Notes under the pieces: model-generated
What the model saw: only the letters and a program-made list of their open reading frames with translations
What the model was told of the DNA's origin: nothing
The model's database searches: none
DNA from: Octopus vulgaris
Taxonomy: Eukaryota
Length of the DNA: 64,000 bases
Direction: 5' to 3'
Assembly (NCBI GenBank): GCA_951406725.2
Contig: OX597821.1
Coordinates: forward strand, 116,064,001 to 116,128,000
Made by a program: the position numbers and the translations under genes
Shown here: positions 55,430-64,000 of the stretch, piece by piece
How positions within the stretch are numbered: the stretch's first letter is position 1
Layout: each line of letters begins with the position of its first letter

Positions 55430-57418
55430 TTTAGTATTGGGGAGGTTTCATTTATAAGGAAGTACTCCCGTATTTGTCTGAGTGTTGGGTCTTTTGGGTG
55501 CTTGGATAAGATTTGGATGTCAAGTTGACCCAAGTTACCTCCATGGTGTGGTGATCTTTGGTATGTTGGTAGAGTATGGAGGACTGTTTTCTGTCGTCCT
55601 ATTGTCTCAGATGTTCATTTAGTCGTTCTGCAATGCTCCTAGATATCTCCCCTATGTACGTCATGTTCATGTCTTTACAAGCACCTTCTATGTATTATGC
55701 TGTAAACTACATTTCGAGATCTACAGTTAATGCCAGGGCTAATCCTACATACCATGCAGTTATCATTGGTGCATATGGTATTCTCAAAGGGTTACATCCT
55801 ACATAGTTATGATCTGATGGAGTTCCCTGGCTTTTCAACAATTTTAATGTTGAGTTTGGTCTCCTTCAGAGCTTTTCTAAATCTACGGGCTAGCTCTCCA
55901 TGGACTGTGGCCTCTAAAAACATCACTCCTTGATATTTGTCAGTTTTATACTACGTGTTCGCCCTGTTTGCTTTGTCACAAGTTATTTGTATCCTAGTCC
56001 AGTCTTTGTTTCTATATCTAGAGCAGGTATCACTGGTTTCATTACGTATAATGTTATTTAATTTCTTACTAGCACCCCTATATACTCGAACCCTATCTTT
56101 CTGATCATATCCAGAGAACTGTATACGGTGCATGAAGTTCCGTATATATTTTTTCATTTCATAGGGTTTGCATAGTGGAGACACGTTGTTCATTGTCCTA
56201 ACTAAGTCTGCTATCAGTATGTTAATTTTCATGTTGTGTGACAAAGTTGAGTTCTTGTGAACAACATATTTTGAAGTTATGGGTTTCATGTAATAAGAGT
56301 GGAGGAGCTGCACTCCATTGTTCACAGTTTCTAACCAAAGTTCAGTATCAAGTGCAGGGTGCTTAGTGGGGTAATCTATAGTTACCTATTTCTTTACTAC
56401 CCACAAGTGGCTAAACACAGAGGGGACAAACAAGGACAAACAAACGGATTAAGTCGATTACATCGACCCCAGTGTGTAACTGGTACTTAATTTATCGACC
56501 CCAAAGGGATGAAAGGAAAAGTCGACCTCGGCGGAATTTGAACTCAGAACGCAGCGGCGGACGAAATACCTATTTCTTTACTACCCACAAAGGGCTAAAC
56601 ACAGAGAGGACAAACGGATTAAGTCGATTATATCGATCCCAGTGCGTAACTGGTACTTATTTAATCGACCCCGAAAGGACGAAAGGCAAAGTCGACCTCG
56701 GCGGAATTTGAACTCAGAACGTAGCGGCGGATGAAATACCGCAAAGCATTTCGCCCGGCGTGCTAACGTTTCTGCCAGCTCGCCGGTAATCTATAGTTAC
56801 CTTGATACTTTGGTGAATGGAGTTAGCTATTTGCTGGATGCTCTCCATTACGTTCTTCTCAGTCTCTACATTACCGTCACCAGAGTTGGTTCTAACTATT
56901 ATATTAATGTCATCTACATATCTACTGTAGAGTAGAAGAGTTGTGGACTGTTCTGCTAACATTTGTTTAAATTTTCTGTCCCACCAGGTCATGAAGAGGC
57001 CAGCCACATCTCCAGCTATACCTACACCAATGACTGCACCTTGAACCTGCATGTATGGTTTTTTTTTATTATTAAACTTTACTATGTGGTTTTTCAAGGT
57101 GGTTTTTAAGCTGGCCCCTATTGCATATGCAATCATTTCCTTCATCTGATTGTTGTTCTCAGGGTTTTGGGTGGGTGCGGTCCAGTCACTCCAGCGCTCT
57201 ATGGTGCTTTTCTTCACTGCTGAAGTGATGGTGGGTGGTCTTCCTCTCTGTGACCTGATGGGGCAGAATCTACTGAGGTCATGGTCATCTAAGTAGTTAT
57301 TGTCATAGCATAGTCTGAGGAGGAGGCCCAGTTCTCTAGAGGTGACCTTACGGAAATCCACTTCACTTTCACAGATTGTTTGAATGCATTTCTCCACAGC
57401 AAAATCTATGTCTATACA
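55430..57418 (-). mobile_element. Penelope-like retroelement (RT, Cys-rich linker, GIY-YIG), 5'-truncated and interrupted by a SINE
   Basis: YMQVQGAVIG...LFMTWWD...YSRYVDDINII RT core; HSYYMKP thumb; CTNDNCMVC...NCRSRNVVYSI and YIGEISRSIAERLNEH endonuclease motifs. Confidence 0.9.
56388..56784 (-). mobile_element. SINE family A dimer inserted into the Penelope-like RT
   Basis: 18-bp TSD ggtaatctatagttacct at 56370-56387 and 56785-56802. Confidence 0.92.
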
Positions 57419-57454
<36 letters not shown>

Positions 57455-57456
57455 TA

Positions 57457-57563
<107 letters not shown>

Positions 57564-58202
57564 GTATGTATATACGCACTTATACATACGTGCTCACACA
57601 CGCACATCCAAGAGTATGGGTATATACGTGCAACTAGATACACGCGCATACGCACACGTATAGATGAATACATACATTCATATATGTACAGGAACTCATA
57701 TATACACGCACACACGCACACGCATGCATAAATATACGCACATAGCATAGACAAATATGTGCATATATTCGTAGGTAAGGCGAGATACACACGTTCGTGC
57801 AAAGTTTGACATACGTACACGTGTTAATACACTCGCGTATACAAATAAGTAAATATATGCACGCACATACATACATATACACATACACAGATACATACAT
57901 GTATGTGTATACACATATAATCATACGCCCGTGTGCACGTATACACAAGTTCACATTAACATATGCATACACCTATAAAAAAATGCAAATGCACGCCAAT
58001 AGGGAGGTAGACATATGTATATCTCTACACGTATATATATATACACACACGCGCAGACATACACATACGCACATGCACACACATACATATATATTTATGT
58101 ATATATACATATACATACACATACACACACGTGCACATATATGCACATACACACACATATACACATACATATACATATATATATATATGTGTGTGTGTGT
58201 GT

Positions 58203-58716
58203 GTAAGACCAGGCAGGACAAGTGAGCCCAGCCCACTTATGAATGCCTTTCCTCCCTTGGACACAAAGACCTGTTGAGGCAAGCGAAGTCGATATCGAAC
58301 CTCATTCGACGACAGGCACCCATGCCAACCCCCTTTGCTTGCGAAGACATGTTGGGGCAAATGAAATCGAAATCGGAATCGAAATTGAAGCAATCCTTGC
58401 GAAGACATGTTGGGGCAAATGAAATCGAAATCGGAATCGAAATTGAAGCAATCCTTGCGAAGACATGTTGGGGCAAGTGAAATCGAAATCGAAATTGAAC
58501 CAATCCTATGACTGACGGACTGGTGGTACGTAAAAAGCACCCACTACACTCACGGAGTGGTTGGCGTTAGGAAGGGCATCCAGCTGTAGAAACATTGCCA
58601 GATAAGACTGGAGCCTGGTGCAGCCTTCTGGCTTCCCAGATCCCTGGTCGAACCGTCCAACCCATGCTAGCATGGAGAACGGACGTTAAACGATGATGAT
58701 GATGATGATGATGATG
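58203..58716 (+). mobile_element. SINE family C (CephSINE/RTE-tail-like) with internal 58-bp tandem repeat and (GAT)n tail
   Basis: 58-bp unit twice plus a shorter third copy at 58338-58506; ggttggcgttaggaagggcatccagc segment; aacccatgctagcatgga...acgttaaac(gat)n end. Confidence 0.72.
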
Positions 58717-58819
58717 ATACACGCATACATATACAGATATACATACATGCATATATATATATATATATACATGTATGGATCTAGATGGTAAGATCATATG
58801 TGAAATACAAGGTATTCAA

Positions 58820-58856
<37 letters not shown>

Positions 58857-58862
<6 letters not shown>

Positions 58863-59202
58863 CAAAATGAGCAACTAGTATATCTAGAGGTAATGCAGTA
58901 CGGTCGTTTCAAGTAACTCTATTTAATTGAACGATGCAGTCATTACATCAATTTAAATGCAGAGCAAGAAGTGAAGATAGCATGGTCTCTGTCTATCTCC
59001 TTAATTTCTTGGAGATTTTAGGTAAAATTATACTAATGTGCTCATCTGTTTTAATTTAATTAAATTCTATGTTTTTTTATGCAGCTGAGGATTGCCCTGT
59101 CTTTAACCTGAGGTAATGATTGCATTGATCAATTAAATGGAGTTGCTTGAAACGATCGTACTGCATTGCCTCTGGATATCCTTGTTGCTTATTTTGATTT
59201 TA
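58857..59202. repeat. Imperfect inverted repeat: arms ~58857-58967 and ~59092-59202
   Basis: taaaatcaaaatgagcaac...tgcagtacggtcgtttcaag pairs with cttgaaacgatcgtactgca...gttgcttattttgatttta. Confidence 0.9.
59079..59166 (+). ncRNA. Type I hammerhead-ribozyme-like motif, probably degenerate
   Basis: atgcag-CTGAGGA-(57 nt)-GAAAC-gatc-GTA-ctgcat; stem I and minimal stem III pair, but stem II has no closing pair. Confidence 0.5.
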
Positions 59203-59329
59203 ATGACCTTATTTTGAAATTGTATGGATAATACCATACTAAATTCTGGTGCTTCAACTTACGTACCATATTCATCCGAATCTAAATTTTTGCTGTATAT
59301 ATATGTGTATGTGTGTGCATGTATGCATG

Positions 59330-59560
59330 TATATTTATGTGTGTGTCTTTGTGTCTGTGTTTATGCCTCCCCCACAATGCTTGAAAACCAATGTTGGTAT
59401 ATTTGCGTCCGCGTAACTTAGCTGTTCAGCGAAAGAGACTGATAAAATAGGTATTAGGTTACAAAAAGTAAGTCGTGGGGTCGATTTCTTCGGCTAAAGC
59501 CTTTAAACACTGTGCTCCAGTATGACCGCTGTCATATGACTTGAAACAAGTAAAATAATA
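59330..59560 (+). mobile_element. SINE family B 3' half
   Basis: Matches 28425-28635. Confidence 0.78.
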
Positions 59561-59789
59561 AAAGAATAAAAGAATATAAACACTGTTGATAGGCTAGTTA
59601 CTGCAGTATTTGTCCTGAGATAACATATCTTATGGACATACTGTGTTAAAAAACCCAATGAATATCTAAGTGAGATGAAAATTCGTCCCAATATCAGCCA
59701 GCAAGGACACCAGATGTATTTCGGCATTCATAAATACATGTGATTGCTTGAACTCAGTTTCAAGCAAATGCAGTAGCTTGACTGTTTTC

Positions 59790-60120
59790 TTAAAGCAGCT
59801 CGGATGTAGCTATTCAGTCCTGTGGGGAAACCACACTCTTTTCCACAGATGTTGCAACGATGATTGCCTCTTCCAGTATGTGTTGTGAGAGTTACCATCC
59901 AAACTGACGCATGTACTTTTTTCTGTCAATGGAATTTTTCCTTGAATGTTTTGCATTTTTCGGCTTCGGCCAGCCATAGTATGCAACGTATAGTAAAGAT
60001 GTTGACAATTAAGCGACATCTGTGCCTGAAGCTTTTTTAGGCCTTGCACAAGATCAATCCCACTTTCTAAACAAAAAAGGATAGTCTGCTGCATTCGATG
60101 CAAATGAAGTCGCAGGTATT
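59790..60120 (-). mobile_element. Decayed RTE-like LINE C-terminal remnant
   Basis: RCNICGKECGFPTGLNSYIR zinc-finger-like end in a broken frame. Confidence 0.45.
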
Positions 60121-61314
60121 ACATGTCAGGGTCACTCCTAGAGCTAGCGGTAACATGTAATCCACTATAACCTGTCACATGATTGGGCGTTCGTCGACTA
60201 AACCGGCAACCATACCAAGGAGGGTGGTTTTCGTTGAACACCCTGCAGGATGAAAAGCAAAACCTGTCAAAGAGCAGATGGACACAGTAGAGTCAACAGT
60301 CATGCAACAGATGGGAGTGAGAGACTCTGATATCCATGCATTCATACATACATACATAATACATACATACATACATACATACATACATACATACATACAT
60401 ACATACATACATACACACACATGTGTATGTATATTATATTTAAAAAGTAGTGCAGCACATAATGTGGAATTGAAGCGGGCAAGAGAGGCCACCTATAAAT
60501 ATATTTTTGATTTGAAGTTTAATGTTTTATGCCATGATAACTAAATTCAAGTATTCAGTATGTTAACCTTACTACATGTTAGATTAATGTGAAATTATTT
60601 CTTTTACATCAAGCATCATAGATGAATTCCAAAGGTCACAGCCCACTAGTTTTTTTCTAGTCTTATCACACGTGCACAGAGTGGTACTTTATTAGTTACA
60701 GTGCGTCACTTTATCTGAGTTTTATAACAAGTTATATATACTGATTATTCTATCATCAACGCACGTTTGAAAATGCATCGTTGGCTATAAAAAACAATTT
60801 CCTTCTCTATCTCAAAATACTTTATTTCCTGCAGCATTTTTTTCAATAGATATGACGTTCTCTTTTATAATATTAGAATTTCTGTTACTCCAAACTTTGG
60901 AACTATTTTGATATTATATCTAAAATAAAACTTTTCTCTATCGGGATTTTAAAGAATATCGATTTTACTGACTATAGTTAAAGCAGTAGTTTATTCATCC
61001 TAATCGTACGACTCATACTGTACTAGACTACTTCGGAAAGATGGTATTCAAGAACAAGTAACCGCAATATTGACTTCAAGTAGTAAGGAAATAGAGATTG
61101 TGGATTCAAATCCAAGCAGCAATAAAGTGGTGTCCGAGCTAAGTCGGACTTAGGTTCGGCCAGTTTAGTTCTTACAGAACTGCTTTCACAAGATATGACG
61201 TACAAAGACTTTTTGTGATTTTGTATTAGGCTGTATATAAAAATTCACCAATTGTCATTTGTTGTGGGGAGGATGACCAAAATCAACTTCACCTTCCCCT
61301 AGCTGAGAAATAAT

Positions 61315-61512
61315 CCTTTCTACTATAGGCACAAGGCCTGAAATTTTGGGGGAGGGTGATAGTCGATTACATCGATCCCAGTGTTCAACTGGTACTTAAT
61401 TTATCGACCCCGAAAGGATGGACGGCAAAGTTGAAATCAGAACGTAACGGCAGACAAAATACTGCTATGTATTTCACCCGGCGTGCTAACGGTTCAGCCA
61501 GCTCGCCGCCTT
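61315..61512 (-). mobile_element. SINE family A
   Basis: gtcgattacatcga...actggtacttaatttatcgaccccgaaagg...gccagctcgccgcc. Confidence 0.82.
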
Positions 61513-62157
61513 CCGATCTGAGAAATAATGATCATACTATGTTGCGTGCAATAACATCTTATTAATACAGTTTGGGAGAGATAATAATGGGACGCACGTG
61601 AATTCCACGGAAGATTCTTGGCTGAAGTAAAATGAAAAACTTTCAACCAGGAATCGATGTCTTCACAGACATTATGAATATTGTATTAGTATTTTTAAAA
61701 TTAGAATTAGTCTATTATAAACAGCCACACAATTAATTGTTGGTTTTTGCTCTGAAGCAACTCTGATTGACTTAGGATCAAAGCATAACCGCCGTGACTA
61801 TCCCAACTTTTTCCTATGTGAAAGGAACTGAGTAATACATTAATTGATATATAAGAGTGTAATTTGAAGGAGTTTCGACTGCTATTTCTTACAGGACTAA
61901 TAACCACGTAGAGGCTTCCCCGTTCTCTCGCATACAAACAATTATTTTTTGAAGGCAAAGATAGAAAACTATCGAAATGCTTTCGGAAATACCAATTCAT
62001 TGGGCGATATATAAGAAAACCATTGAAGATTCCATTTCCGTGCATATATAAGCAGTATTTAATCTTTTTGAAAGAGCATCTTAGTATGGGGTAACATTAA
62101 ATTCAGTATCGCAACCTAAAGTGCATCAAAGATTCGCTTTTGTCTGATACGTCTTAA

Positions 62158-62395
62158 TACCTATTTCTTTATTACCCACAAGGGGCTAAACACAGAGAGG
62201 ACGAACACGGACAGACAAACGGATTAAGTCGATTATATCGACCCCAGTGCATAACTGGTACTTATTTAATCGACCCCGAGAGGATGAAAGGCAAAGTCGA
62301 CCTCGGCGGAATTTGAACTCAGAACGAAGCGGCAGACGAAATACCGTTCAGTATTTCGCCCGGCGTGCTAACGTTTCTGCCAGCTCGCTCCCTTA
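62158..62395 (-). mobile_element. SINE family A, near-consensus monomer
   Basis: Reverse complement of 1958-2190. Confidence 0.9.
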
Positions 62396-64000
62396 TATAC
62401 ACATTTACAATTAGCTAGTTTGAACATTGAACTAGCTAGAGGCGAGTGTTGTTGCAGGAGCTCAGTGCAGTGCGGTTTCAGGTTTGACATCATGTAAATG
62501 GCTTCTTCAAGTTAGAAAATATAAAGCTGAAGTACTTGTTAAATGCTGGGTCGATTTAATCCCATAAATCGTTGCCTTCGCCTAAATTAAAAAACTATTA
62601 TCATCATGCGTTAACAGTTTCATGCAAGGTACAAACTTCACCGTCAGGTACACCGGCATGTTTCTGAGATATGTGCATTTGGGAGATGTAAAGGAGTTGT
62701 GTTTCATCAGTGTTACATTGCTATGGGGTTTGTTATGCTTCTCTAACTACGTGCTTCATCTGTTGTGTAGAATATGTGCAATGGAAGTTCTGTTACTTAA
62801 CTGCTTGGTGCATGTTGTTCCGTATGTGATGTATAATTAGTGCTGCATGGTTTTGTGTCGAGTGTTGATTGTCTAAAAGAATGGTGAGGTCCCTAAGTTA
62901 CCATCAGTTAACACACCTACTATTCGGGAATTTTGTTGTAATGAATTTAATAGTTATTATTTTATTCTCTACACGTATATGTAATTCCCAATTGTCTTGT
63001 CTTGATATTATCCTACATATTTTCGCGGACCTTTTGGGGTCCATGAATTAAGTACCAGTTACGCACTGGGGTCGACTAGCCCTCGCGCCTACAATTTCAG
63101 ACCTGATAGCCTGATAGCTATACAAGGAAGGTGGGGAGGCTTTGGTCTTGTGCTGCAGTTAAAAATCCCTCCGTCTCTGCTTTGAGTCCTGAGTTTCTCA
63201 ACCATTGCTGGGATTTTCTTTGTCTATATCTTTTGCATTTAGTTTAGTCCAGTATTTGCCATGAAGGGGCTTTTCTTGGCATCGTTTTATCATGGTCCAT
63301 TGCTGTTCTAGTTTTAGTTTGGATTTCGTTTGTTTTATAGCTTTTGTTTCTTCTTCTTCTTCTTCTTCTTTACGTCACATTTCACTTATGTTATTAACGC
63401 TACTAACGAAAACCCCATTCGACGAATCAACCGTATTTTCCAGGGCTTTGTATAACATTATTGTTAGACTGGATGATATCTATATTTATCACTTGTTTAC
63501 TTTTATTAGCCTTTTGTTTTTTGTTAGCCTAATGACAAATAAATAAATAAAAACGTTCAGTTTGCTTTGAATAATCATGTAAATTATGACAAAGAATTTT
63601 CTTTTTGGTATTCTTTTTTTGTAGGAGGTTTAGTGCTGTGAGTCACGTCCGCCATTGTGCACTTCTAGTCTGGAGTAGGTCCTTCAGACTGATCCGCTTT
63701 CATTAATTCTTTGTTCTACATTTATTCATAAGATTTTATACACACACATAAACACACACCCACACATTCTCATAGATCTATTTTGTTGCTATTTAATCTC
63801 ATGTCATCTCCGTTGGTGCACACTATCTTTCAAAAAGTAGTCTAATTGTGGACTTTACAACTCTTTTTGAGCTCAGCCCACCCCTCACAACACTATTCAG
63901 ACTATCCATTTTAAAAACAGGACGGCATAACTTGAAGGAGATTTGGCTGCTGTTTCTAATAGCAAAGTTAATTTGAAGGTTGTATAGTTACATATGGGCC

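Noticed and set aside
58338-58506. 58-bp repeats as a CRISPR-like array
   Set aside because: Head-to-tail tandem units without unique spacers, inside a eukaryotic SINE

Overview
AT-rich, microsatellite- and SINE-dense animal DNA. The repeat families look like those of an octopus (coleoid cephalopod); this is an inference. Most six-frame ORFs are microsatellite artefacts. The one host gene I can support is a minus-strand class B1 (secretin-family) GPCR. I assembled it by hand from 10 GT-AG exons (39738 down to 584) whose phases all join into an open 364-codon frame, running from the hormone-binding ectodomain to TM7. The signal-peptide exon was not found and the last exons lie left of the window. 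The rest is transposon-derived: a full-length decayed mariner, hAT/Buster, Tigger and Chapaev3-like remnants, four non-autonomous Helitrons, a Helentron-like element, a MITE carrying telomeric repeats, Penelope-like, RTE and R4/Dong-like retroelement fragments, and three SINE families. The most striking non-coding signals are a near-perfect ~180-bp-arm palindrome in the TM2-TM3 intron, a hammerhead-ribozyme-like motif inside a Penelope-type inverted repeat, and SINE dimers inserted as single TSD-flanked units. I did not find a clearly new multi-gene system.
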